A stretch of DNA of 64,000 bases, taken from the NCBI GenBank assembly GCA_965140445.1, contig OZ223236.1:3520001-3584000 (forward strand), given 5' to 3'. Position numbers and translations under genes: made by a program. This document shows, piece after piece, positions 54,607-64,000 of this stretch (position 1 is the stretch's first letter; each line of letters opens with the position of its first letter). This DNA comes from Candidatus Ozemobacteraceae bacterium. GTDB taxonomy: Bacteria > Muiribacteriota > Ozemobacteria > Ozemobacterales > Ozemobacteraceae. The notes under the pieces were generated by a model. It was not told the origin of the DNA, did not search any database, and saw nothing but the letters and a program-made list of their open reading frames with translations.

Positions 54607-56112
54607 TTATAAATCATATTTCTCTATTTTGGATCTCAGGGTGTTTCTCGTGATGCCTAGAAAATTGGCCGTTTGAACCTGATTTCCCTTGTGCATTTCC
54701 AATGCTCTACTCAAAAGCTTTTTTTCAACCTTTTCCATTACAAGAGAATAGCCATTGCCTTCAACCTTTTCGGAAAGAATAATATTTACAAGTTTTTCAA
54801 CAAGCTCTTCCGGGTCAGAAAAGGCTTCACCTACCCCACCAACCATCATTTGATTTTCATTTGGAATTGGTTGACTTGAGACCGTTATACTTTGAGTTTC
54901 GATAGTTTCGGAAAATTCGTTTTCATGCTTGTTCTCTGGATTTCTACCAAGTCTTACTTCAACCGGCAAGTGCTCTGGCAAAATTACCTGGTCACGGCTA
55001 AGGGTATAAGATTGTTCAATTGCATTTCGCAATTCTCTTACGTTTCCCGGCCAGGCATAGGCTGTTAAAACAGAGATAGCCTCTTCAGAAAGAGTTTTGG
55101 GAGTACCCTTTCTCTGAGCGGCAAGAATAGAACAAAAGTATCTGGAAAGAAGTGGAATATCCTCAGGTCTCTCTCTAAGTGATGGCAGAGTGATTTCGAT
55201 AACCTTTATTCTATGATAGAGATCTTCTCTAAATTTATTCGTTGAAATGGATTTTCTAAGTTCTTTATTTGTAGCGGCGATGATTCTGACATCAACTTTG
55301 ATTCTTTTATTACCGCCAACTCGAACTATTTCTCGCTCTTCTAGAACTCGAAGCAATTTTGCCTGCATTTCGAGATTCATATCACCTATTTCATCAAGGA
55401 AAATGGTTCCACCTTGAGCCAATTCAAACATTCCAGGTTTAGCTGCATTTGCACCAGTAAATGCACCTTTTTCATAACCAAACAGCTCTGATTCCATTAA
55501 GCTTTCATTAATGGCTGTACAATTTATCGCCCAGAAAGGTTTTGAGGATCGATTTGAGTTGTAGTGAATTGCCTGAGCAACCAATTCTTTACCAGAACCA
55601 GACTCGCCAGTAACCAAAACTGTAACGTCTTCAGCGGAAACCTTGCCAATAAGCTTGTAGACTTCCTGCATTGCCGCACTATTACCTTTAAGTCCACTAG
55701 TTTTAGGAGCTAAAGTAGCAAATTCGGGCTCAATTCTATTTTTTCTTGCATTCAAGCCTCTTGAAATTAAAAGCAAACATTCATCAATATTAAAAGGTTT
55801 ACTAAGAAAATCGTAAGCCCCTAATTTCATTGCATTAACAGTTGTTTCCATATCTGTATAAGCCGTCATAACAATTACTTGAGCATCGGAATCAATACTT
55901 CTGATTCTTTCAAGTACTTGCAGGCCATCCATTTCTGGCATCCTGATATCGACAAGAGTCAAATCTGGATTAAATTCTTCAAATAGCTTTAATCCTTTTG
56001 CACCGGTTTCCGCCAAACGAACTTCGTAACCGCACTTTTGCAAAGCCTTTTCAAAAGCCCATCTCACACTATGTTCATCATCAACAACCAGTATTCTTGC
56101 CTTAGCAGTCAT
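54607..56112 (-). CDS. sigma54-dependent response regulator (NtrC family)
   Basis: Receiver domain, GESGSGKE, GAFTGA, FLDEIG, WPGNVREL, Fis-type HTH. Confidence 0.95.
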   Translation of the reverse strand: MTAKARILVVDDEHSVRWAFEKALQKCGYEVRLAETGAKGLKLFEEFNPDLTLVDIRMPEMDGLQVLERIRSIDSDAQVIVMTAYTDMETTVNAMKLGAYDFLSKPFNIDECLLLISRGLNARKNRIEPEFATLAPKTSGLKGNSAAMQEVYKLIGKVSAEDVTVLVTGESGSGKELVAQAIHYNSNRSSKPFWAINCTAINESLMESELFGYEKGAFTGANAAKPGMFELAQGGTIFLDEIGDMNLEMQAKLLRVLEEREIVRVGGNKRIKVDVRIIAATNKELRKSISTNKFREDLYHRIKVIEITLPSLRERPEDIPLLSRYFCSILAAQRKGTPKTLSEEAISVLTAYAWPGNVRELRNAIEQSYTLSRDQVILPEHLPVEVRLGRNPENKHENEFSETIETQSITVSSQPIPNENQMMVGGVGEAFSDPEELVEKLVNIILSEKVEGNGYSLVMEKVEKKLLSRALEMHKGNQVQTANFLGITRNTLRSKIEKYDL

Positions 56113-56127
56113 TTTAATCTCCTTAAC

Positions 56128-57069
56128 CTAACCCTTTACAACAGTCCCCTTGTTAACTCTTCTTTTTCTAGACTTAAGCGTTTCAGGATTCATTGCATCA
56201 AAAAGTTGATCCCCGTATAGAACTATTACCTTAAACTTAGTTTTTTTCTTTTCCACCAGAGCTTCAATTTTCTCTCTAACCTGCTCCCGAGTATACCTTA
56301 AAGAAAAATGGAATAATAGGAGATTCTCAACCTCAGCTGCCTCAGCGACATCAAAAACTTCATTAATTATTGAATGCTGCTGAAAATCCCTTTCATCATC
56401 TTCGTTTGCCAGGTAAGTACACTCATGACACAAAAAACCTGACTCTCTAAAATCATCAGGGTTCATAGGCCTGGCATCACCACCATATGTAAATAAAATT
56501 TTCTCATAATCTTCAGCAATTGCATCCCGGCCTTTTTCAAAAACCAATGAATTTATCTCGCTTTGGCTTTTGTTAGAGAACTCTTCTTTTAGCCTTCGTC
56601 TTGTTTCGATAACATTGTAACCAAGGCTGAGCTGTTTGTGAGAGTGCTTGGTCTTAAAGGTTTTTACAAAAATTCTACTCTTCTGATCCTCAAGTTTAAT
56701 TATCTGGCCAGCCTTTAAAGGAGTCCATTCCAGTCCAAAGGATAGCCCTGGTTGTGTTTTCCCCAAATACTCTTTTAAAATGTCGATAAGCCTGTTATTT
56801 TCGGGGTGGTAGATTTTTAAGGTAGCGGTTTGATCTCCCGCTCCAAGATTTCTTATATTTAATAAATTTACAAGGCCAGCAATATGATCTGCATGACCAT
56901 GTGAAAGAAAAATCCTTCTAATGCCAAAAACTTTATTAAACAAGCCAGTTGAAACACCCTCGCCTGCATCGAATAGAATGTTAAATCTTTTGTGGTAAAT
57001 CCAGGTGGCAAAAAGAGCCCTGGAAAACCCCTTTAACTGGTCTTGTAATGGAAACAGTGGCTGCGTCAT
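56128..57069 (-). CDS. rnz: ribonuclease Z, Thermotoga-type (MBL fold)
   Basis: FSRALFATWIY...ILFDAGEGVS...SHGHADHIAGL, HECT, HFSLRY. Confidence 0.8.
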   Translation of the reverse strand: MTQPLFPLQDQLKGFSRALFATWIYHKRFNILFDAGEGVSTGLFNKVFGIRRIFLSHGHADHIAGLVNLLNIRNLGAGDQTATLKIYHPENNRLIDILKEYLGKTQPGLSFGLEWTPLKAGQIIKLEDQKSRIFVKTFKTKHSHKQLSLGYNVIETRRRLKEEFSNKSQSEINSLVFEKGRDAIAEDYEKILFTYGGDARPMNPDDFRESGFLCHECTYLANEDDERDFQQHSIINEVFDVAEAAEVENLLLFHFSLRYTREQVREKIEALVEKKKTKFKVIVLYGDQLFDAMNPETLKSRKRRVNKGTVVKG

Positions 57070-57223
57070 TAGTATTCCTTAGGAGATTGATAAAAAGCTT
57101 TGTTTTTTCGCAGCCAATTTACCATAAATGGGTCAAAAGTTACAATTAAATATGGTTTTTCGTCTTTACCTTGCTCCTCTTTTTATGGTAGTTTCAATGA
57201 AACAGATTGAAGGAGATGGATTC

Positions 57224-57670
57224 TTGACTAGCCAAAACTTAAAAGATCAGATTGAAATCCGTTTAAAGAAATATATACATAGATTTATTAGATATTCAGG
57301 TTTTTCTCACCTTTCCGACGAAAGAAAAGAATTGGTCGCAGGAACTCTTGCATACCTGATTGATGACAATGATTTGATTCCAGACGATGTTCCAAATATT
57401 GGTTACCTTGATGATCTAATGGTATTCGTAGAAGCTGCAAAGCATTTCATTTCAACCGGGTCTCCAATTGCTGGCGTTTGCAACGCTGATGAAGTAATGA
57501 GTGATTTTAAATTTGTTCAAAAAAATATGGGCTTGATGTTTGGAGATCAGCATTTTTCATTGGACACAATCAGAAAACTCGGAAAAAAACACGTGGAGCA
57601 GCTACACGAATTAGCTCAACAGATAAAAGAAAAATACCAATGCCTTGGAGATCTTGAAAATGAAGAATAA
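57224..57670 (+). CDS. YkvA/DUF1232 family protein
   Basis: LAYLID...DLIPDDVPNIGYLDDL. TTG start after GGAGA. Confidence 0.8.
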   Translation: MTSQNLKDQIEIRLKKYIHRFIRYSGFSHLSDERKELVAGTLAYLIDDNDLIPDDVPNIGYLDDLMVFVEAAKHFISTGSPIAGVCNADEVMSDFKFVQKNMGLMFGDQHFSLDTIRKLGKKHVEQLHELAQQIKEKYQCLGDLENEE

Positions 57671-58304
57671 ACTCGCTTTATTAACTTTGTTAATTGTTTT
57701 TTCAGTATTTTGTTCAACCTCATTTGCCTCAGAAATATTTACATCTGTAGATGAAATCCTGGCAAACCCATCCAATTTTGCGAACAAATTTGTGTCCGTA
57801 AAAGGCAACTATACCGGATGGAAAAACGGAACGGGAAGACCACCAGTAACAAGATCTGACTGGGTCATATCTGGAAAATCAAAAGGAATCTACTGCACAG
57901 GTATTTTGCCTCAAAACATGAATCCAGTCGGTCAAACCAAACCAATTTGTGTCCTGGCTATTGTTAAAATGGGTGAAAATAATGTTCCCTATCTTGAAGT
58001 AAAAGAAATTAAGAAATTGAAGGTTAAACTTGAAAAAATGATGTCTGTTGCCCAGATTCTATTTGACCCGATTAATTCTAAAGGGCAATATGTTGGCCTT
58101 CTTGGAGTTTTGGCAAAAGGGCATGGAGTTAAAGGGGATAGAATGTATCTTCTTGCAGATCCAACAGGAGCAATAAAACTCGGAAGACTTCCAAAACTTT
58201 TCCCAAAAGGAACTATCCTACACCTTAAAGGCATTGTGTCTTCAGATAAAAATGGTCTGCCATTTATTGATGAAGTAGAAATAGTTTCAGCCAGAGTAGA
58301 CTAA
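57660..58304 (+). CDS. exported protein with two tandem OB-fold-like repeats
   Basis: Signal peptide, then repeated SVxxILxxP...V...G units. Confidence 0.65.
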   Translation: MKNKLALLTLLIVFSVFCSTSFASEIFTSVDEILANPSNFANKFVSVKGNYTGWKNGTGRPPVTRSDWVISGKSKGIYCTGILPQNMNPVGQTKPICVLAIVKMGENNVPYLEVKEIKKLKVKLEKMMSVAQILFDPINSKGQYVGLLGVLAKGHGVKGDRMYLLADPTGAIKLGRLPKLFPKGTILHLKGIVSSDKNGLPFIDEVEIVSARVD

Positions 58305-58326
58305 ATAAACTAATAGTTCTAATTAG

Positions 58327-58360
58327 AAGTGGGTTTCAATCTTTTGAAGCCCACTTTTTT
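58327..58360 (+). terminator. intrinsic terminator
   Basis: AAGTGGGTTTCAA-TCTT-TTGAAGCCCACTT followed by T tract. Confidence 0.75.
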
Positions 58361-58643
58361 ATTGTACATTTTCTAAAAAACATCTGACAAAACTAAAATT
58401 TCAAACCTAAAATATAACAACCAGCAAGTCTTCGTATTGGAAATACTTCATTTGCACAAACGGAGCCACAGCAAACCTCTAACAAGCTATTAACTATTGT
58501 CACTCAGCTCTCTGGAAGATATAAAAAAATCAGGTATAAAAAAAACACCAACGCCAAAGAAAGCTTAAAAGAGGAATCCAATTTGTAGGGAAATTTAAAT
58601 AAGAATCAAAGCTTTAAGATTTCCTTGCAGTCAAACCCACAAA

Positions 58644-59438
58644 TTAAGGGTTTACTGGAGGACAAACGGTTTCTTCAGCTTTTTTCTTCCTGACTAAATC
58701 CAAAAACTTATTGAAGAAAAAGAAGAATAAGCCATAAAGAGCAAATCCCCAGGTAAGAAAGAAGAGAGTCATTGGTGGAATAATAACCAAAGCAATCAAA
58801 AGAGCCAAAACAACCATCTTTCTCTTTCCATCGGTCTTCTTAGTCTTCTTCATTGCCGGGTATTCAACCTTGCTTACCATTAAAAGAGAAGTAACTATAA
58901 CCACAACTGGTATAACCGCATTGGGAATCTTAAGAAAATTGAAAAACTGAAGTTCAAAAATGGTTAAAGTACTCAATATCCCTGCCCCTGCGGGTATTGG
59001 TAAGCCTTCAAAAACATCTCGCCTTGCAGAAGGGGTTACGTTAAACCTTGCTAATCTTAAAGCCCCGCAAAGCACGAAAATAGAAGAAACAACGATTCCA
59101 AATACCTTGTCCGCAGAAAGATACCTTTGGTAAACGAGAAAAGCTGGGGCTACACCAAAACTTACCAGATCTGCCAATGAATCAAGCTCAGCACCAAACT
59201 GAGAAGAAACAGAGGTGAGTCTGGCTATTCGCCCATCAAGAATGTCAAAAATGTTAGCAACCAGTATCAACCAGCCTGCTACCAGAAATTCACCCTGAGA
59301 TGTCATTATGATAGCAAGATAGCCACAAAAAAGGTTCATAGAGGTGCACGCATTTGGTAAAATAGACAAATGCTTTCTATTAAACCTCTTCTTTAAAGGA
59401 GTTTTTCCTTCTTTTTCTGAAATATTCTCTTCTGCCAT
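58644..59438 (-). CDS. pssA: CDP-diacylglycerol--serine O-phosphatidyltransferase
   Basis: DILDGRIAR, FGAELDSLADLVSFGVAP, LRLARFN. Confidence 0.95.
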   Translation of the reverse strand: MAEENISEKEGKTPLKKRFNRKHLSILPNACTSMNLFCGYLAIIMTSQGEFLVAGWLILVANIFDILDGRIARLTSVSSQFGAELDSLADLVSFGVAPAFLVYQRYLSADKVFGIVVSSIFVLCGALRLARFNVTPSARRDVFEGLPIPAGAGILSTLTIFELQFFNFLKIPNAVIPVVVIVTSLLMVSKVEYPAMKKTKKTDGKRKMVVLALLIALVIIPPMTLFFLTWGFALYGLFFFFFNKFLDLVRKKKAEETVCPPVNP

Positions 59439-60070
59439 TATGATCTACGTGCAATAACAGTAGAACCGCCCTGCACTCTTTGTCCTAGTTTAACTTCTAT
59501 TTTTGTCTCTAAAGGAAGATAAAGATCAGTTCTTGAACCAAAACGAATTAGTCCAAATCTTTCGCCTCTGGCTAAGGATTCTCCAGGATTTTTCCAACAC
59601 AAAATTCTTCTGGCAATTAAGCCTGCAATTTGCTTTACAACAATTCTGTATCCGTCAGAATCTTCAATTCCTATAGCATTTTGCTCATTCTTTACAGAAG
59701 CTTTAGGCTCGAAAGCCGGTAAAAATTCACCAGGCGCATAATGCCGATATTCAATTTTACCTTTAATAGGTGCTCGGTTTATATGAACATCAAAAATAGA
59801 AAGAAAGATACTAACTCTTTTGGCAGGCCCATCAATGAAAGGAACATGCTCGACAGAATCTATTCCAACAACTTTTCCATCGGCAGGAGAAACCACAAGG
59901 CTCTCACCTTTAGGGATTTCCCTTTCTGGATCTCTAAAGAAATAACAGGTAAATGCTCCGGCAAGATAAAAAAAGCGACCTAGCCATTTTGAAAAACGGG
60001 ATGTCAAAAAGCCAAGGGCAAACATAGATCCCCCGAAAAAAAAGCCTTCTTTGTGGATAGGGCTTCTCAT
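59438..60070 (-). CDS. psd: phosphatidylserine decarboxylase proenzyme
   Basis: FFRDPER, SPADG, HINRAP, IRFGSRTD self-cleavage motif. Start MRSPIH (60091 alternative). Confidence 0.95.
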   Translation of the reverse strand: MRSPIHKEGFFFGGSMFALGFLTSRFSKWLGRFFYLAGAFTCYFFRDPEREIPKGESLVVSPADGKVVGIDSVEHVPFIDGPAKRVSIFLSIFDVHINRAPIKGKIEYRHYAPGEFLPAFEPKASVKNEQNAIGIEDSDGYRIVVKQIAGLIARRILCWKNPGESLARGERFGLIRFGSRTDLYLPLETKIEVKLGQRVQGGSTVIARRS

Positions 60071-60102
60071 AAAAATGGCTCCTTCAATCATTGATTTTGG
60101 CC

Positions 60103-60132
60103 ATTATAATGCTGTTTTAAAGGTCATGTCAA
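60103..60132 (-). promoter_or_regulatory. psd-pssA promoter
   Basis: TTGACA-18 bp-TATAAT. Confidence 0.7.
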
Positions 60133-60166
60133 GCTATGCAGACAAGTAATTCGCCATTTAAAACAA

Positions 60167-61960
60167 TTAGTTTAAAGAATTTAAGAATGCCAATAACTCG
60201 TTCCATAAACTCTGCTTACAAAAGTCATAACTGGAATACGGGATTGGGGCGTTATCAAGATAGTTAAGCTGGTAACTATTTGAAGCAGGGAAAGAAATTG
60301 ATAAACCGTTTGTATCGGGAAGATACTTTTCCGAAAAATAGTTTTTTACAATTAATTTTGGAAAATAGTTCAGAAGAAGATCTGTTTGAATTTTTATTGA
60401 TGGCAAAACGTTTCGACTTTCAAGCAATAAATCTTTTAAATCTCGATAATCCGCGTTTTCAAAAGCTTGAATTACATATGATGAAGTGCCTTCAGAATTT
60501 GTTTCAACAGAATCTCTAAGGTTTTTTAAAATTATCCCAAGAGTTTCTTTATCTGCATAAAGGGCGTTTAAATAAGTATTAAAAGCAGCAAAAAAGCCTG
60601 GGAATTGAGCATTTTCGATAACTGACACACACACAGTATTTTCGGAAATTGTTTGCAAGAATTCATTTTTGTAAGCCTCAGCCGAAACAAATGCAAAATC
60701 CTTTCCTGTCATATTTTCTAAGGGGAAGCTTTTCACTGATTTAAAAATTCTATCCAAAGGAAAACCAATAGATGGAACTCTGCCCTGCGAGAAAACAGTG
60801 TATTCTGCAACATCTTTAAATTCCCAACCGATTTCAACTAAGCCCATAAAGCAGGCGTCAAGCACAAGAGCCTGCAACGGCCGGTATGCTCCATCAAAAG
60901 TTTGATTAGCACCCTTTAACCAGGTGGCAATAGCCAAAGGATTTCCAGTGCTCTCAGCTGACTGATCGGATATTAAACTTTTGCGTAGAGAGCTGGAGTT
61001 AGCCTTCCAACCATCGGCATGAGAACTGATCGTTAAAGAATAATTTTTTGCAGGAAAAGCTCTCTTTGCCCAGCTCACAAGATCAGCAATATATCTAGGA
61101 TCAGATGAATCTACAAGTCCGACTGAAGCAAGTTCAACAAGCTTTCCATCCTTGATAAGATAGCGTTTCATACCTTCCATTCTGAAATCAGCCTGAACCA
61201 GAATAACTGCCTTTTCGAGATTTCCCTCTTGAACCAGATCGTTTAAATTAGCTGTTATATAAGGTGAAAGGTCATTATCTCCAGCAAGGTAGTAAAGAAA
61301 AACCCAATTATAAGGGTATGCACCGCTCTCCCCAGCTTTTAACAATTCACTCATCGAAGCATAAGCAGATTTTATTTCGCTGACCTGGTCCAAGGATGTT
61401 CCAGACAATTTTTCCGGGTGTTTTTCCAAAACTTGAGCAATCGCTTCTGCAGTGGAATTAATGTGCTCAGTTCCAAGTGCCTGCGGATTAATTCTTATGC
61501 CATATTTATCGCGCATACAACGGGCTATCAAAGCCCTGGCGGTTGAATAAATATCAATTGAAATTATTTTTTCACCGTATAGAAGGTTAGAATCAGCACC
61601 CATGTATTCGAGTATCAAACCAGGATGAGCCGTATCCTTGCAGAATAGAACGAACTGGTCACGTATGGTTATCGGCGATATGGTGAAAGAGCCATCCTCA
61701 GAAACCGAAGTTTCGCTGCCAGAATCATCCTGAATTGTTATCTTGTATTTTGAGTGATCCACCAGTGAAGAACGTAATCCGCCGAGATCAGGATGAACTG
61801 CAACGTTTGCCAGGTTAATATTACCAGATATCTTCAAATCTGTTGGGTAAGGAATAGGGTAAACTATCGTTGGAGAAGATTCTCCAGAGCATCCAATAAA
61901 AGATACAAGACAAACAATCAGCAAAAATATGTTTACCGGGATTTTAAATTTTTGTAACAA
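60167..61960 (-). CDS. clostripain-like (peptidase C11) lipoprotein
   Basis: Lipobox FIGC, YLAGDNDL, catalytic SHADGW and DACFMG. Confidence 0.85.
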   Translation of the reverse strand: MLQKFKIPVNIFLLIVCLVSFIGCSGESSPTIVYPIPYPTDLKISGNINLANVAVHPDLGGLRSSLVDHSKYKITIQDDSGSETSVSEDGSFTISPITIRDQFVLFCKDTAHPGLILEYMGADSNLLYGEKIISIDIYSTARALIARCMRDKYGIRINPQALGTEHINSTAEAIAQVLEKHPEKLSGTSLDQVSEIKSAYASMSELLKAGESGAYPYNWVFLYYLAGDNDLSPYITANLNDLVQEGNLEKAVILVQADFRMEGMKRYLIKDGKLVELASVGLVDSSDPRYIADLVSWAKRAFPAKNYSLTISSHADGWKANSSSLRKSLISDQSAESTGNPLAIATWLKGANQTFDGAYRPLQALVLDACFMGLVEIGWEFKDVAEYTVFSQGRVPSIGFPLDRIFKSVKSFPLENMTGKDFAFVSAEAYKNEFLQTISENTVCVSVIENAQFPGFFAAFNTYLNALYADKETLGIILKNLRDSVETNSEGTSSYVIQAFENADYRDLKDLLLESRNVLPSIKIQTDLLLNYFPKLIVKNYFSEKYLPDTNGLSISFPASNSYQLNYLDNAPIPYSSYDFCKQSLWNELLAFLNSLN

Positions 61961-61973
61961 AATAACTCCAATA

Positions 61974-62006
61974 AAAAAGCTGCCAGTAGATTGTACCGAC
62001 AGCTTT
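61974..62006 (-). terminator. terminator after serS
   Basis: AAAGCTGTCGGTA-CAATC-TACTGGCAGC followed by T6. Confidence 0.8.
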
Positions 62007-62036
62007 CAAATTTTTCAATGGCTAAAGAAAAACAGT

Positions 62037-63428
62037 CTATTCTTTTTCCAAATGGGTTTTACCACCAAGATATGGTCTTAAAGCTTCTGGAATAAAGATT
62101 CTGCCATTTTCGTCCTGGAAATTTTCTACAATAGCAACCCAGGTTCTTCCTACTGCTAAACCAGATCCGTTAAGGGTGTGGACAAAAGCAGTCTTTGCTT
62201 TCTTTTCAGTTCCCTTAAATCTGATTCCCGCTCTGCGAGCCTGGAAGTCTCTGAAGTTAGAACAAGAACTAATTTCTCTGTAAGTATTTTGAGTTGGGAT
62301 CCAAACTTCCAGATCATAAGTCTTGGCTGCAGAAAATCCTATATCACCGGAAACTAGTGACACAACCCTATACGGTAATTCAAGCAGCTGAAGAATTTTT
62401 TCCGCATCATTTAATAGCAACTCAAGTTCATCGCTGGATTTATCTGGATGAGCAAACTTGACTAACTCAACCTTGTCAAACTGATGTTGCCTGATTAGTC
62501 CGCGGGTATCTTTTCCATAACTGCCAGCTTCGCTTCGGAAACAGGGGGTATAAGCCGTTAGCTTTACAGTTAGATCAGATTCTGGAAGTATTTCACCTGC
62601 ATAAAGATTAGTTAGTGGTACTTCAGCAGTTGGAATCAAATAATAATCAGTGCCTTTAAGCTTGAAAAGATCTTCTTCAAATTTTGGCAGCTGACCAGTT
62701 CCACGCATTGCATTTGAGTTAACCATGAATGGAGGAACAATTTCTTTATAGCCATGCCGATCAGTATGAACATCCAGCATAAAGTTAATCAGCGCTCTCT
62801 CAAGCTTGGCACCAGCTCCACTTAAAACAGAGAACCTGGACCCGGCAATCTTTGTTGCTCTTTCAAAATCCAGAATATTAAGCTTTGAACCAAGATCAAC
62901 ATGATCAACAGGCTCAAAATCAAACTCAGGTTTTGTTCCGAAAGATCTTACTTCAACATTCTGCGTTTCATTTAGACCTAATGGAGTTGTTTCATCTGGC
63001 ACATTTGGAAGAGTCATTAAAAGTTCATTTAATTCTTCATCCAATTCGTTAACAGATTTTTCGTATTCCTTAATCTGATTGGAAACTTCCTTCATTCCAG
63101 CCAACAAGTCGTCAGCGGGATCACCATTGGCTTTTCGCTTGCCAACTTCTTTGGTAACAGTATTGCGTTCATTTTTAAGATTCTCCAGCTTAAAAATCAG
63201 ATCACGCCTTTTCACGTCCAACTCTTCAATTGGAAGAATCTTTTCTATTTTTACCTTGGAGGAATTTTCTAAGAGACAATTAAGAACAGCGTCTTTATCG
63301 GCGACATCGACCCCTGCTTCTCTTAGGATAGCAGCGTTGCTCTCTACATTTAATCCTGCTTCCCCGCGTTTAATTAAGGCGCGAACAAGCTCTTCAGGAT
63401 TGTTTCTAATCCATTTTATATCAAGCAT
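62037..63428 (-). CDS. serS: serine--tRNA ligase
   Basis: [39 protein letters not shown]. Confidence 0.99.
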   Translation of the reverse strand: MLDIKWIRNNPEELVRALIKRGEAGLNVESNAAILREAGVDVADKDAVLNCLLENSSKVKIEKILPIEELDVKRRDLIFKLENLKNERNTVTKEVGKRKANGDPADDLLAGMKEVSNQIKEYEKSVNELDEELNELLMTLPNVPDETTPLGLNETQNVEVRSFGTKPEFDFEPVDHVDLGSKLNILDFERATKIAGSRFSVLSGAGAKLERALINFMLDVHTDRHGYKEIVPPFMVNSNAMRGTGQLPKFEEDLFKLKGTDYYLIPTAEVPLTNLYAGEILPESDLTVKLTAYTPCFRSEAGSYGKDTRGLIRQHQFDKVELVKFAHPDKSSDELELLLNDAEKILQLLELPYRVVSLVSGDIGFSAAKTYDLEVWIPTQNTYREISSCSNFRDFQARRAGIRFKGTEKKAKTAFVHTLNGSGLAVGRTWVAIVENFQDENGRIFIPEALRPYLGGKTHLEKE

Positions 63429-63507
63429 TGACTAATTTCCTCCGTTATTGGTGCATTGAAGGCTGATAGAATACATCTTCAAAAAAAAACTTTCAAGGAA
63501 AACTTAT

Positions 63508-64000
63508 TCAAATCAAATTGGGCTGCTCGGGTCTGAAAATTTTCAGAGGCTCAATACATTCTTCTGAATCGTTTCTGGCGTCGTTTACATATTTTGAAAC
63601 GGCACAGACGCATATTTTAACCAATGTGTTTTTCTCTAATATCATTTGGTGCCAATTACTTAAAAAAGGATTTTGAAGCCATTTATGAGCATCTTTTTTA
63701 TTCAAAATTACTGGCATCCGATGATGTATGTCTGAAACCGGATCGATTGCAGATCGGGTAATGATTGAACAAGTTCTCAGCTCTTCCCCGCCCTTTCCAT
63801 GCCAATATTCCCAAATTCCTGCAAAAAGGAAGTGTTCTTCGTCTGCTGGAGTAAAATAGTATGGTTGAGGTTTTCCTGGCTTTTTCTGCCATTCATAAAA
63901 ACCAGATGCAGGAATAATGCATCTGCGATACTTGAATGGATTTTTGTATGAAGGTCTATCGAGCAAGGTTTCTGACCTGGCATTAATCATTTTCGCTGCT
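63508..64000 (-). CDS. SOS response-associated peptidase (SRAP), 5'-truncated by window
   Basis: INARSET, RCIIPASGFYEW, IHHRMPVIL, VSKYVN. Confidence 0.9.
   Translation of the reverse strand, partial: AAKMINARSETLLDRPSYKNPFKYRRCIIPASGFYEWQKKPGKPQPYYFTPADEEHFLFAGIWEYWHGKGGEELRTCSIITRSAIDPVSDIHHRMPVILNKKDAHKWLQNPFLSNWHQMILEKNTLVKICVCAVSKYVNDARNDSEECIEPLKIFRPEQPNLI

Noticed and set aside
58361..58643. ncRNA or small gene between convergent genes
   Set aside because: No convincing structure, SD-led ORF or known motif seen.
63429..63507. T-box riboswitch upstream of serS
   Set aside because: Intergenic region is only ~80 nt with a likely promoter (TTGAAA-17-TATTCT); no T-box sequence.

Overview
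AT-rich bacterial core-genome region. The organism is probably a deep-branching diderm; a candidate phylum such as Riflebacteria is my guess, not verified. The minus strand carries an rRNA operon (complete 16S, 5' part of 23S, tRNA-less ITS, two tandem sigma70 promoters), the full str-S10-spc-alpha superoperon (rpsL to rplQ, then ecfA1A2T, no tuf) and rpoBC with its own promoter. Also present: a tandem pair of dynamin-like GTPases, a wHTH regulator divergent from rpoB, two ~820-aa HEAT-repeat proteins, secDF-dtd, a membrane-spanning TPR protein, a COG2403 (ArcE/cDPGS-like) gene, an NtrC-type regulator, a Thermotoga-type RNase Z, psd-pssA, a clostripain-like lipoprotein, serS and a partial SRAP gene. 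The most striking signal is remodelling of the gene-expression machinery. Three large-subunit proteins that sit near the polypeptide exit site are strongly enlarged: L22 has an N-terminal S13-like domain plus a Lys/Ala tail, L29 is 210 aa, and L17 has an ~80-aa insert. RNAP beta' has a ~680-aa trigger-loop insertion, and beta has a Cys-rich N-terminal insert. Other leads: a leaderless wHTH/pseudo-nucleotidyltransferase facing an inverted repeat over the rpoB start site, triple GGFPDYENIGN motifs, and an unannotated 20-codon leader ORF upstream of the ArcE-like operon. All calls come from reading the sequence; no searches were run.
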